A stretch of DNA of 64,000 nucleotides from Alphaproteobacteria bacterium (lineage in GTDB: Bacteria > Pseudomonadota > Alphaproteobacteria > MPNO01 > UBA830): NCBI GenBank assembly GCA_964291215.2, contig OZ219790.1, positions 1,440,001 to 1,504,000 of the forward strand. Direction: 5' to 3'. The notes under the pieces were generated by a model. It was not told the origin of the DNA, did not search any database, and saw only the letters and a list, made by a program, of their open reading frames with translations. Position numbers and translations under genes: made by a program. Shown one piece after another: positions 17,702-28,382 of the stretch; position 1 is the stretch's first letter, and the number at the start of each line of letters is the position of its first letter.

Positions 17702-19089
17702 ACCTTCACCGCCTCCTGCTCGACCGCCAGGTTCTGGACGATCCCGTCCGGATCGGAATTGTCGGCTGCGGCAAGTTCGCCTCGATGTTCCTGGCCCAGG
17801 CAATCCGCACGCCGGGCATCCATGTCGCCGCCATCGCAGATCTTAACCCGGAGGCCGCACGGCACAGGCTGACGCGCATCGGCTGGCCGGCCGAACGCCA
17901 TGCGGCGGCGAACTGCGCCGCGGCGCTGCACTCCGGTGGCACCTGGGTTACGGAAGATGTCGAAGCGCTGTTCGCCGAAGACTCGATCGAGCTCGTGATC
18001 GACGCCACCGGCGATCCGGCCTCCGGCGTGCAGCATGTCCTGCTGGCCTGCCGCCACGGCACGTCGATCATCATGGTCAATGTCGAGGCTGACGCGCTGG
18101 CCGGGCCGCTGCTGGCACAGAAGGCGCGCGAAGCCGGCATCGTCTATTCGCTGGCCTATGGCGATCAGCCGGCCCTGATCTGCGACCTTGTCGACTGGGC
18201 GCGAACCAGCGGGTTCGAGGTCACCGCCGCCGGCCGCGGCCACAAATGGCTGCCCGAATACCAGTTCTACACCCCGGACAATGTCTGGGACGGTTACGGC
18301 CTGACGCCGCAACAGGCCGAACAGGGCGGCCTCAACCCGAAGATGTTCACGTCCTTCCTCGACGGCACCAAGCCGGCGATCGAGAGCACAGCGGTCGCCA
18401 ACGCCACCGGGCTCACGCCGGCGCCCGACGGGCTTGGCTATCCACCCGCCAGCATTGACCAGCTGCCGAACGTCTGCCGGCTGCGGTCCGAAGGCGGCGC
18501 GCTCGACCACAAGGGGCAGGTGGAGGTCGTCTCGTCGCTGCGGCGCGACGGCCGGCCGCTCGATTACGACATCCGGTTCGGCGTTTTCGTCGCGTTCGAG
18601 GCGAACTCAGACTACATCGCCCGGTGCTTCGAGGAATACGGCCTGCAGACCGACGACAGCGGCCGTCATGCCGCCATGTACAAGCGCTGGCACCTGATCG
18701 GGCTGGAGCTCGGCGTCAGCGTCGCCAGCGTGGCGCTCCGCCGCGAACCGACGGGCGTAGCGACCGGCTGGCGGGCCGACGCCGTGGCAGTCGCCAAGCG
18801 CGATCTGCAGGCGGGCGAGATGCTCGACGGCGAGGGCGGCTACACGGTTTCGGGCAAGCTGATGCCGGCCGCGCGCTCACTGGCGGAAAGCGCCTTGCCC
18901 ATGGGCCTCACCCATCAGGTTCGCCTGGTCAACCCGCTCGCGAAGGGACAGCTTGTCCGGTGGTCCGATGCGGCGGCAGACTCCACGCATCCGGCCGTGC
19001 AACTTCGCCGGGAGATGGAAGACCTCAACCGAGCTGCACTGCTCCAAACCATCGACAGCGCTCCTGTCAACCTTCTCCTGAGGTCTTGA
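17698..19089 (+). CDS. NAD(P)-dependent oxidoreductase with C-terminal SAF domain (homoserine-dehydrogenase-like, COG4091 type)
   Basis: GIVGCGKF, MVNVEAD, GDQPAL, FLDGTK and AKRDL..GEMLDGEGGY motifs. GTG overlaps the upstream TGA. Confidence 0.82.
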   Translation: MNLHRLLLDRQVLDDPVRIGIVGCGKFASMFLAQAIRTPGIHVAAIADLNPEAARHRLTRIGWPAERHAAANCAAALHSGGTWVTEDVEALFAEDSIELVIDATGDPASGVQHVLLACRHGTSIIMVNVEADALAGPLLAQKAREAGIVYSLAYGDQPALICDLVDWARTSGFEVTAAGRGHKWLPEYQFYTPDNVWDGYGLTPQQAEQGGLNPKMFTSFLDGTKPAIESTAVANATGLTPAPDGLGYPPASIDQLPNVCRLRSEGGALDHKGQVEVVSSLRRDGRPLDYDIRFGVFVAFEANSDYIARCFEEYGLQTDDSGRHAAMYKRWHLIGLELGVSVASVALRREPTGVATGWRADAVAVAKRDLQAGEMLDGEGGYTVSGKLMPAARSLAESALPMGLTHQVRLVNPLAKGQLVRWSDAAADSTHPAVQLRREMEDLNRAALLQTIDSAPVNLLLRS

Positions 19090-19153
19090 CGGCAGCCCGC
19101 CGACACCATAATTCGCATGCTATCGAGTGTCGTATTTTTGCAAGTTGGCAAAC

Positions 19154-19711
19154 ATGACATCACCACGGTCCCAGCCTTTGGAAAAGCGGATCGCCCGGCG
19201 CATTGCGCGCAAGAAGGCCAGCGTCTTTCTGTGCCATGACTTCGAGGATCTTGGCAGTTACGACCAAGTAGGTCACGCGCTGAAACGCCTTATCGCCAAG
19301 GGCCGCCTCGTCAAGATCGGTTATGGCCTGTACGCCCGCACCATCATTTTACCCGTATCCGGCCGGACTGTCGTCGCCAAGCCCCTTCCCTTGCTTACGC
19401 TTGAAGCTCTGGAGCGACTTGATGTGCAAGCCATGCCATCCACATTTGCCCAGGCCAATAGTGCAGGCACCAGAATCCAAGTCCCGCCCGGACGCGTGAT
19501 CGCGGTCCGGAGCCGTATCTCCCGCAAGATCGGCTACCACGGAAAATACGTCTCCTTTGAGCACCTCCCCCAGTCAAGAGCTTCTTTAGGCGGTCGCCCC
19601 GGAGTTCGCCGTCGACCCGTACTTCGTCGAAAAAGATTGGCACGCCACCCAAATTATCGCCAGCATAACCACGCGGGGTTCCGCCACACCAGCGCTCGTC
19701 TTCTCGGGTAG
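19154..19711 (+). CDS. DUF6088/AbiEi-like type IV antitoxin (native stop apparently lost; reads into the toxin gene)
   Basis: VFL..DFEDLGSYDQVG.AL..L...G.LVKIGYGLY winged-helix pattern. Confidence 0.65.
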   Translation: MTSPRSQPLEKRIARRIARKKASVFLCHDFEDLGSYDQVGHALKRLIAKGRLVKIGYGLYARTIILPVSGRTVVAKPLPLLTLEALERLDVQAMPSTFAQANSAGTRIQVPPGRVIAVRSRISRKIGYHGKYVSFEHLPQSRASLGGRPGVRRRPVLRRKRLARHPNYRQHNHAGFRHTSARLLG

Positions 19712-20127
19712 CACGAGCCTGTCGAAAGGTTACGGTCTCGTACAGCGCTTCTCCGAAGACCTCGACTTCAAGCTCCTGCTGCCGGACTCCGGTATCGATC
19801 GCGATGCTCGCCGCAGCTATCGCGCTGCGGTCAAGGATGCGATTCGGGCCGGTGGAGCCTGAATACTATCGGAAGACGGCATAGCCGTCGGCGACGAAGG
19901 GCAATTCCTTCGCTGGCGACATAGCATATTCTCCGATGTATACGCCCTCTCAACCACTGCGTACAAGCATCAGGCTGGAAATAACCTTGAAGCCTCCGGC
20001 CCTCCGTCCGGAGCAAAGGCCTTTGCGTTCATTGGTGGCCCAGGCGCATGACCATCCCCCGGAAATCCCCGAAATCCATTGCGTCGTACCGGCGGAAACT
20101 GCTGCCGACAAACTCAGCGCCCTGACG
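19557..20127 (+). pseudogene. AbiEii/AbiGii nucleotidyltransferase toxin pseudogene
   Basis: VEKDW, FSGSTSLSKGYGLVQRFSEDLDF and ETAADKLSALT motifs. In-frame stops at 19587 and 19860, a frameshift, and truncation by an IS remnant. Confidence 0.8.
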
Positions 20128-21000
20128 ATGTCGAAGGTTTCGGGCGCCCTTGACCGGGAAGACGTGGTCAGCGCCGCAGCGCCGGGTGATCAGCGTCGCC
20201 GGCGTCGTGCGGGTGATCACCTTGCCGCGAACATCGGTGCGCTCAAGGAGGTGGCCGCCAGCTCGCCGTCGTCGAAGTTCAACAGCGCGAAGGATGCGCC
20301 GGAGGCGTGAGGGCCACGGTCTCGTGGTGGCCGCCACGGATGCGCTTGCCGTCGGCGGCAAGCGCCCGGGCGAGCCCGTGGCCGAGCATGTCCTCGAGCG
20401 CCTCGGGGTCGATCGACCGGACGACCCGGTGAAGGGTCGCCCCGGAGGGCGGCTCGCGCAGCTCCGTCCTCGGGTTCCGCCGATGGCCTCGAGTTCGTCC
20501 CGGGACAGCGACCGCGCAAACTGCGCAGCTGCCTTTCATGTTCGCAAGCTCGGCGAGAACGTGAGCACACCGTGTGCTTCCTGCGCGGCGGAAGTCCTCG
20601 ATCGCCGCCAGCTCGTCGTGCAGCGAACGCATCACCTCGGAACCCCGGGGAGCGAGGAGGCAGGCCACCGCAGCGCCTGCGACAGCAGCCGTCGCGCCGC
20701 ACAACGAAAATCTCCTTGCCATGGGGATCGGTGCAGCACCCGCGGGCACCCCCCCTGGCACGCCAGCCCGCCGCCTTGTGCCCGCAAAACGCGCCGGATC
20801 GCAGAACATCTCCGCCACCTGGTGGCCGCAGGCCCAGTCGTCGGCCAGCCGCCGCGTCGCAAGAAAGAAGAAGGCGAGGTTCGGAAACGTTCCCGGCGCC
20901 GCAAGCAGTCGCGTGTTGTCAGATCAAGCCACTGCTGCTCCGGCTTCCAGCCACCGGTCGCGGCACTTGAAGGCCCCGGCCAGACCACTGCCCCCTGAAG
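20128..21000 (-). mobile_element. Degenerate ISAs1-family transposase with DUF4338-like N-terminal part
   Basis: ISAs1-like fragments PSGATLHRV...ADGKRIRG and GADHVFPVKG. DUF4338-like fragments NTRLLAAPGTFPNLA...RRLADDW and EMFCDPARFAGT. Many frameshifts. Confidence 0.6.
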
Positions 21001-22025
21001 GACGCAACATGGCGCAGCCCCGCCAGACGGCGAAACCCGAGATAGTCGTCCATCAACGCAGCGGACGCTCCTCAGGCTTCGCGAACCTCGGACAGACCCT
21101 TCCGGAGCTGCGACGTGAATCGGACAGGACGCGATGTGCTTGTGAACCGACATCCCCGCACCGTGACAACTCCAGTGCAGGAAAGCCAGCGAAAACTGCA
21201 AAAAAATCCCCTCGCACCAACCCGCGCTCCTGCAAAATCGAAGTACTGCCTTGAAAAATCAAACAGAATTTAGCACAAGATCAAATTGACCCGAGCCGCA
21301 GGACTTTGCCACGCTGTAGCTGATGTTTTGAATGACCGCGGAACGGGGCACAAATTTTCGCATCCTGTCGGGTTTTCTGGCTGCGGGGCTGTCTGCGGAT
21401 CGTCGCAGCTGGAAAATTGGGCCGGGTTGGGCCTGTGCAACCTCCATCCATCAGCAGTCGGCAAGATCGAATGCAGCGTGGGAGAGTCCTGACCCGAGCC
21501 CCAGAAGCAGCTGGCACAGCCCGCTCGTCGCCTTCGATCCAAAGTAGCCCACCGGCGGTCCCCGTCGCTCTTGATGACCACCACTAACGAATCCGTCTAC
21601 AGTGTCAAATCTCCACGAAAACCCGTTCGTTGCTCTACCCCGATATCAAGCCGGAACCAGGGGGTGAGCAGTTACGCCGCCCCAACAGAACTCACCATGT
21701 TTCTGGCGCGACTTCCTATACCTCCGGAGTCCGGCACACACACCCATGCTTATGCTACGCGTGCCAACCAAGGCAGCCTGTTCGGGTCGGGCCAGCCCGA
21801 CCGAGCCCGCAGAAGTACTGCGATTGTCCCGACCCTCAACCGAAATCGATGCACGATCATCGCATCAGGCCGATTGTCTGACTTACTTGACCAGACCTGA
21901 GACTTTCGCGCCAATCAGAATGAGGCGGGGGAAGGCACCGTTTCGTGATATGGTTTTGAGTTGACCCCCTGCCCGCGCCCGGCACTTCTCCGGGTGTGCA
22001 GATATCTGACCTGGAAGATGGCGCA

Positions 22026-22949
22026 ATGGTGATGCAATCGATACGGCGCCGTCTCGGTTCGGGCGAGATCATCCTTCTGGACGGCGCCACAGGAACCGAA
22101 CTCCAGCGCCGCGGGGCGCGCATGGACGGCGGCGCCTGGTGCGCGCTCGCAACCGAGACCAATCCGGACCTTCTCCTGGAGATTCATGAGGACTACGTCC
22201 GCGCCGGAGCCGACATCGTGACCGCCAACACCTACTCGAACGCACGGCACATGCTGGACGAAGCCGGGGTTCCGGACAGGGTTGCAGACCTCACGCAACG
22301 CGCGGTGGAGACTGCCATGCGAGCGCGAGACCGCGCCGCGGGCGGGCGCGATGTCGCCATTGCGCTTTCACTTTCCCATCAAATGCCGTTGATATCCGGA
22401 ACCGGCGACAGCAATCCGGAGCGGTGGCCGCCATCCCGTCAATTGCTCGATAATTTCCGCGAACTCGTTGCCGCGGGCGTCGATGCAGGCATCGACATGA
22501 TCATCCTCGAGGCGGTCTCGCGCCCCGAGCATATCGCCCTCGCATTACAGGCCGTCGACGAGAGCGGGCTGTCTTACTGGTGCGGCTTGAGCGCCGTGCG
22601 CGAGAATGGCGCGATTGTCAGCTTTGCCGGCGAACGGTTTCCGTTTTCCGAGAGTATCGCCGCGGGCCTTGCCGGGAACGCCGAGGTCGTCGGCGTCATG
22701 CACAGCGGCGTCGACGTCACCACGCCGGCCCTCGAACTTCTCAGGCAGAGCTGGCCGGGCCCCATGATGGCCTATCCCGAGTCCGGCCATTTCACGATGC
22801 CGCACTGGCAGTTCGAGGAAGTCATCTCGCCAGACGATCTGGTGAGGGAGGCCAAGGTCTGGCGCAGCCTCGGCGTGCAGGCGCTGGGCGGCTGCTGCGG
22901 CCTCAGCCTTGAACATCTTCACGCCCTCGCCAGCCTGAGGACACCCTGA
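22026..22949 (+). CDS. Homocysteine S-methyltransferase family protein
   Basis: LLDGATGTEL, HEDYVRAGADIVTANTY and GGCCG motifs. Confidence 0.85.
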   Translation: MVMQSIRRRLGSGEIILLDGATGTELQRRGARMDGGAWCALATETNPDLLLEIHEDYVRAGADIVTANTYSNARHMLDEAGVPDRVADLTQRAVETAMRARDRAAGGRDVAIALSLSHQMPLISGTGDSNPERWPPSRQLLDNFRELVAAGVDAGIDMIILEAVSRPEHIALALQAVDESGLSYWCGLSAVRENGAIVSFAGERFPFSESIAAGLAGNAEVVGVMHSGVDVTTPALELLRQSWPGPMMAYPESGHFTMPHWQFEEVISPDDLVREAKVWRSLGVQALGGCCGLSLEHLHALASLRTP

Positions 22950-23065
22950 CGGCGCCTAGGCCAGGATCGTGCGCCCGCCCGGGCCAGGCAACACCGCCGG
23001 GAACCGAGAACCGCAAATGGAACCGCTCGGAGACTTGGCCTCGGTGTCTCTGCGCCACCGCCGAA

Positions 23066-24535
23066 GGGTGCAGTTCTCGCATGGCGAATGCAAGTCATTG
23101 ATTTAACACGGCTGTGTGGTTAAGAAGCAGCGGCGAAAACGGGTTTTCGTGACAATCGCCCGTTTCAGGACAGGATTTTGTCACGGGCCGAGCGGTGGAG
23201 GTGGGAACGCTCTGCACCGCAAAATGCGAGATGATATCGGTGACAATCCACAGCATCAGGAGCGCTCCCATGTCAGTTTCGCAGCCTTCCGCGTCGATCG
23301 ATATTTCCGGCTTGCCGCCTCGGGTTGTCGAGGCGGTCACGCAGATAACCGCGGTTTGTCATCGGCAACTCGGTTCGCAGCGCTCTGCCGAGGCCTTTGA
23401 GGAAACGGAGCGGCGGGTGCGTGTACGCGCTGCGAGATCCCGGGTGCCGAGGCCCGGGACGACGGTGCGCCCCGGATCGAGCGGGACGGGCAGAGATGGG
23501 GCGCCGAAGACGATCATGACCTCGCCCGATGACCTTTCGGCGTGCCGCACCGGCGCGCGCTGCCGGTCGCTGATGCCGGTGGACGAAAGCCTCGTCGCCG
23601 ACTACCTGACACGGCCGGCGGCTTGGGCTGATGATGATCGGCCACTGCACGGCGCGGGAAGCAGAGGCGTTCTTCGGCAAGCTCGGCGCCATGACGCCGT
23701 CTGTGGGCACCTTGCAGCGCCTGACCATGCAGGAGCGCCGGGAAAGTCTCGGCCCCCTGGATGAGATCCGGGAAGCTGAGGACATCCCGCAGGACGCGGT
23801 CACCGCCTCGCTGGACGGTGTCATGGTGGCGGGCTGGTGAGGACGGCCGTTCCGAGGCCTGCTGGCGGCGAGGCGGCCTGTGGCACGGTCTCCTTCCACG
23901 ACGGTGAGCGCCTGAAGACCGTCTGTCTCGGCCGCATGCCCGAGGGCCGAAAGTGCACGCTGAAGGCGCAGCTCGCAAGCGAAGTCGCGCATATCAGGCG
24001 GAGACGTCCCGAGATCAGCGCCGCCGCCGACAACTGGACTTTCCTCGGGGGTCTCGAGCCCGAAACCGAGGTATGCCTGCGAGCATCTGCGCGTGGCCCA
24101 TGCAGCGGCGCCCCACTGGTTCGAGAAGTACCGCGAGATCCTGCGTCACGACCCCCGCGGCATCGACAGGGTGATCCGGGCGCTGCGCCACCTTCGCGAC
24201 ACCGCGGCGCCAAATCGACAGGGAACCGGCCTTCTTCCGCAAGCATCGCCACCGCATGCGCTACCACGCGCTGAGGCAACCGGCTCGGGAATTGTCGAGG
24301 CGGCAAACAAGACCCTTGTCACACAGCGCATGAAACGCTCCGGCATGCGCTGGCGCATCGTCGGCGGACATTCACCTTCCGCACCCTGCTCGACCGCTTC
24401 GAGAGCGCGTGGGCGGCCATGATCGGTGCAGACGACGCACCAGCCAACGACAACATCAGCCCAAATCATACCCCGGCACTGTGAGATGAACAAATGGTAC
24501 TGAGCCTGCAACTATGCCATACGAAACTCTCACCC
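23066..24535 (+). mobile_element. Degenerate ISKra4-like (UPF0236-type) IS with imperfect terminal inverted repeats
   Basis: Fragments SLDGVMV, EAACGTVSF, ADNWTFL and GSGIVEAANKTLVTQRMKRSGMRW. Left end GGGTGCAGTTCTCGCATGGC; right end reverse complement GGGTGAGAGTTTCGTATGGC. Confidence 0.7.
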
Positions 24536-24841
24536 CCACGGCGATCCCACGCTGCTAATCCGGCGACGACTGGCGAGATTTTCTCAGTTTGCGTCGTGCT
24601 GCAATCATGCCGCCAAGGTTCGATGGGGCCTTTTTGGCACGAAAATTGCGATCAAGGAGGCGATCTGTGATGAGCCCCAACGCATTCGGATTTCCCGTCT
24701 CTGAATTAGCATGGGATCGTCGTGTCTCACCCACGCCGAAGGTTGAGGTCTTGAAGGGACTTGAGTAGTATCCGCCGACTTTTGCTCGCCTGGTCGCACG
24801 GCAGGCCGACAATCCCAACATGCACAGGAAGCCGATCCACC

Positions 24842-25165
24842 ATGAGTGACACGACCCTTCACAGAGTCGCCAGTACGTCCGATCTCGACGAGGACGAGGC
24901 CATGCAGGTCCTCGTCGACGGCAAGGAAATCGCAATCATCAAACTCGGCGGCGAGTTCTTCGCGCTCGACGACATCTGCACCCATGCCTACGCATCGATG
25001 GCCGACGGTTATATCGAGGGCGACTGCATAGAATGCCCGCTGCACGGCGCCCAGTTCAACATCAGGACCGGCAAGGCCGAAACGCCGCCAGCAACGGAAG
25101 ACCTGAAGAGCTACGAGGTCACGGTCGACGGCGAAGACATCCTCGTCGCCGTCGCCAGCAGCTGA
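24842..25165 (+). CDS. Rieske [2Fe-2S] ferredoxin (oxygenase electron carrier)
   Basis: CTH...ECPLHG Rieske ligands. Confidence 0.92.
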   Translation: MSDTTLHRVASTSDLDEDEAMQVLVDGKEIAIIKLGGEFFALDDICTHAYASMADGYIEGDCIECPLHGAQFNIRTGKAETPPATEDLKSYEVTVDGEDILVAVASS

Positions 25166-25188
25166 CCACACCCGCCGGCGCCCGCGCC

Positions 25189-26409
25189 GTGAGTTCGACC
25201 TTCGCAATCGTCGGCGCCGGACAGGCCGGCGGCTGGGCGGCCAAAACGCTTCGCGACGAAGGGTTTGACGGGCGCATCGTCGTCATCGGCGACGAGCCGT
25301 ACGCGCCTTATGAACGCCCACCGCTGTCAAAGGAGGTGCTCGTCGGCGACGCCGAGAAGGAGGCCTGCCTGCTCTGGCCGCCGGAGACGCTGACCGACGC
25401 AGGGATCGAGCTGCGTCTTTCAGAGCGCGTCGCGTCGATCAACCCCGCGGCGCATACACTGGCCCTCGACGGCGGCGAAACCCTGGAATGGACCAGGCTC
25501 CTGCTGGCAACAGGAGGCTCGGCGCGCACCCTCGGCATTCCCGGGTCCGGCCTCGACGGGATCTTCACGCTCCGCACGATCGCGGACACCGAGGCGATAC
25601 GCCCGCGCCTCGTCGACGGCGCCGCTGTGCTGATCATCGGTGCCGGCTGGATCGGGCTCGAGGTCGCGGCAGCGGCAAGAAGACGCAACGCCCACGTCGT
25701 CGTCATCGAGGCCGCCGATCGCGTCTGCGCGCGGGCTCTGACCCCGGAGATGTCGGAATGGGTTCTCGGGCTTCACCAGCGCCACGGTGTCGACATCCGT
25801 CTTGGAGCGTCGGTCGCCCGTTTCGAGGGCAACGGAAGCGTGCGGGCCGCGGTGCTCGGGGACGGCAGCGAAGCGCCCTGCGACGTCGCCGTCATCGGCA
25901 TCGGGCTGGCGCCCAACACCGATCTCGCCGCCGCCGCCGGGCTCGAGATCGACAACGGCATCGTCACCGACGAGCATGGCCGCACGTCGCATCCCGACAT
26001 CTACGCGGCTGGCGACGTCACCAACCACCCGAATCCGGTTCTCGGGCGGCGCGTCCGCCTCGAATCCTGGGAAAACGCCCAGAACCAGGCCATCAGCACC
26101 GCGAAGGCAATGCTCGGCAACACTGCCCCCTACGCGGAAATCCCGTGGTTCTGGTCGGACCAGTACGACGCCAACATCCAGCTCATGGGCCTGCCCGAGA
26201 GCTGGGACGAGACCGTCGTCCGCGGCAGCCGCGACGAGGGCAGATTCATCGAGTTCTACCTTGCCGGCGGACGCCTCCAGGGCGCGGCAGCGGTCAACAA
26301 CCCCCGCGACCTGAGATTTACCCGGCGCCTGATGATGGCCGACCGGACCTATGACGCCGCGACGCTCGCCGATCCCGATGTCCGGCTGCAGAAGCTTCTC
26401 CGGTCCTGA
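25189..26409 (+). CDS. Ferredoxin reductase (FAD/NADH, oxygenase-coupled)
   Basis: GAGQAG, YERPPLSK, GAGWIGLE, IYAAGD and PWFWSDQY motifs. Confidence 0.92.
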   Translation: MSSTFAIVGAGQAGGWAAKTLRDEGFDGRIVVIGDEPYAPYERPPLSKEVLVGDAEKEACLLWPPETLTDAGIELRLSERVASINPAAHTLALDGGETLEWTRLLLATGGSARTLGIPGSGLDGIFTLRTIADTEAIRPRLVDGAAVLIIGAGWIGLEVAAAARRRNAHVVVIEAADRVCARALTPEMSEWVLGLHQRHGVDIRLGASVARFEGNGSVRAAVLGDGSEAPCDVAVIGIGLAPNTDLAAAAGLEIDNGIVTDEHGRTSHPDIYAAGDVTNHPNPVLGRRVRLESWENAQNQAISTAKAMLGNTAPYAEIPWFWSDQYDANIQLMGLPESWDETVVRGSRDEGRFIEFYLAGGRLQGAAAVNNPRDLRFTRRLMMADRTYDAATLADPDVRLQKLLRS

Positions 26410-26435
26410 TCCGGTGTCCCGCGCCGCCGCCCGCA

Positions 26436-26873
26436 TCAGAGAAGTCCGAGGGACCGGAGTTCCTCCGCAATCTCGTCGGGAAGATCCTCGACCCCGTCAT
26501 GGCCAGCACCGGAATCGCGGGGCGCGTCAGCCGCCTCGAGATATCTCCATCCCTGGAAAGGGCGGCTCGGCCGCGGTTCAACCCGTGCGATCGCCGGGTC
26601 GAGGATGAGGGCGCAGCGCGTCCGCCCGTCATCGCCGACGACGGGCTCGATTCCGAGAATCACCTGGCGGGCGCGAATGGCGCGCCTGATCACCCAGTAG
26701 ATCGAGCCGCCGTCGAGAATCTCGGCGGCACGGCGCGGCGTCGCGCGGGTCACGTGCCGGAGCCGCACCAGGCCTCCCGCTGTGCGCGCCGCCTCGAGCC
26801 GGAGGCGCTGGCGTTCGGCAAGCCCCGAGACGCTGTCGATGCCGACCGCAAGCTTGACGAGATGCACCGTCAT
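26436..26873 (-). CDS. DUF1489 family protein
   Basis: MTVHLVKLAVG, GGSIYWVI and RPFQGWRYL motifs. Confidence 0.85.
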   Translation of the reverse strand: MTVHLVKLAVGIDSVSGLAERQRLRLEAARTAGGLVRLRHVTRATPRRAAEILDGGSIYWVIRRAIRARQVILGIEPVVGDDGRTRCALILDPAIARVEPRPSRPFQGWRYLEAADAPRDSGAGHDGVEDLPDEIAEELRSLGLL

Positions 26874-26893
26874 CGCTGCCCGGTCCGCCACGC

Positions 26894-28297
26894 CTACAGC
26901 AGGAACCAGGCGCCGAGGCCGAGAAAGGCGAGGAACGCGACCACATCCGTGACCGTCGTCAGGAACACGCCCGACGCGACGGCCGGATCGAAGCGGGTCT
27001 GAGACAGGCCGAGCGGAATCGCGAGGCCGGCGAGACCAGCGACGATCATCGTGATCACCATGGCCGCCGCCATCACCCCCCCGATCGCGGGGTTGTCGGA
27101 CCACAGCCACGCCACGCCGCCCACGATGACCGCAAACAGGATGCCGTTGAAGAGCCCGACGAGGATCTCCTTCGACAGCATGCGCGGGGCGTTGGCCACC
27201 GTAAGCTCTTTCATCGCAATGGCGCGGACGGCAACCGTCAGCGTCTGGGTCCCCGCATTCCCGCCCATCGACGCGGCTATCGGCATCAGCACGGCGAGGA
27301 TGACGATCTGCTCGATCGTGCCCTCGAAGAAGCCGATCACGATCGACGCCGCGATCGCGGTCAGCAGGTTGAAGAACAGCCAGCCGAACCGCGACCGGCC
27401 AGTATTGAGGACGGCGTGATAGAGGTCGTCCTCGCGCACGCCACCAAGCCGCATGATGTCCTCCGCCGCCTCCTCGTGAATGACATCGACGACATCGTCG
27501 ACGGTGATCACACCGATGAGGCGGTTCGACGCGTCGACGACCGGTGCCGACACAAGGTCCTGCCTGGAGAAGACGTATGCGACCTCCTCCTGGTCCATCG
27601 CAAGCGGTATGGTGACAAGCACCGGCGCCATCAGGTCGAGTATCGCCACCGGACGCCGCGTCCGCAGCACCCTGCTGAGCGCGATCATCCCGATCGGCCG
27701 GTGGCGCGGATCGACGACGAATATGTCGTAGAAGTCGTCGGGCAGATCATCGCTCTCCCTGAGAAAGTCTATGACCTCTCCGACCGTCCAGAACGAGGGT
27801 ACCGCCACGAGCTCGCGCTGCATGAGGCGGCCGGCGCTGTCTTCGGGGAAGGCGAGACCTTCCTCGAGCATGTTCCTGAGCGCTTCGGGCACCGCATGGA
27901 GGACACGGCGCTGCATGTCCTCGCCGAGGGTCAGGATCAGCGCCAGCGCATCGTCGGAATCGAGCGCCGCGATCGCGCGCGCGATCACCGTCGTGCCCAG
28001 TTGCGCAGCGACCTCCTCGCGCACCGTCTCGTCAAGCTCGGCAAGGACCAGCGGATCGAAGAACCCGGCGAAATGCTCGACCATCAGCGTCCGCTGGGCG
28101 CCGTGCAGGATCTCGATGAGGTCGGCGACCCCGGCCGGCCCCATCGGCGCCAGGATCTCGCAAAGGGCGTCGTCGTCGCCGGCGTCAAGCGCCGCCACCG
28201 CGCTGCGCACGAGTTCTGCGTCGAGCCCGAGGAGATCCTCGGCCTGCACCGGGTGCACGGCGGGCGTCGTCTCCGGATCCGTCGCAAATTCCGCCAT
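26894..28297 (-). CDS. mgtE: Magnesium transporter MgtE
   Basis: CBS pair (EDSAGRLM), [10 protein letters not shown] and [15 protein letters not shown]. Confidence 0.95.
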   Translation of the reverse strand: MAEFATDPETTPAVHPVQAEDLLGLDAELVRSAVAALDAGDDDALCEILAPMGPAGVADLIEILHGAQRTLMVEHFAGFFDPLVLAELDETVREEVAAQLGTTVIARAIAALDSDDALALILTLGEDMQRRVLHAVPEALRNMLEEGLAFPEDSAGRLMQRELVAVPSFWTVGEVIDFLRESDDLPDDFYDIFVVDPRHRPIGMIALSRVLRTRRPVAILDLMAPVLVTIPLAMDQEEVAYVFSRQDLVSAPVVDASNRLIGVITVDDVVDVIHEEAAEDIMRLGGVREDDLYHAVLNTGRSRFGWLFFNLLTAIAASIVIGFFEGTIEQIVILAVLMPIAASMGGNAGTQTLTVAVRAIAMKELTVANAPRMLSKEILVGLFNGILFAVIVGGVAWLWSDNPAIGGVMAAAMVITMIVAGLAGLAIPLGLSQTRFDPAVASGVFLTTVTDVVAFLAFLGLGAWFLL

Positions 28298-28382
28298 CAC
28301 GCCCCCTTCCGCATCCCGCGAAGATGGAAACGGACAGGTCCCCAAAAAACCAGGCCCGCGCGATGGCCGGCGGGCCTGCAAA

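Noticed and set aside
20128-24535. Composite transposon carrying the methyltransferase
   Set aside because: The two flanking remnants belong to different IS families and no shared TSD is visible.
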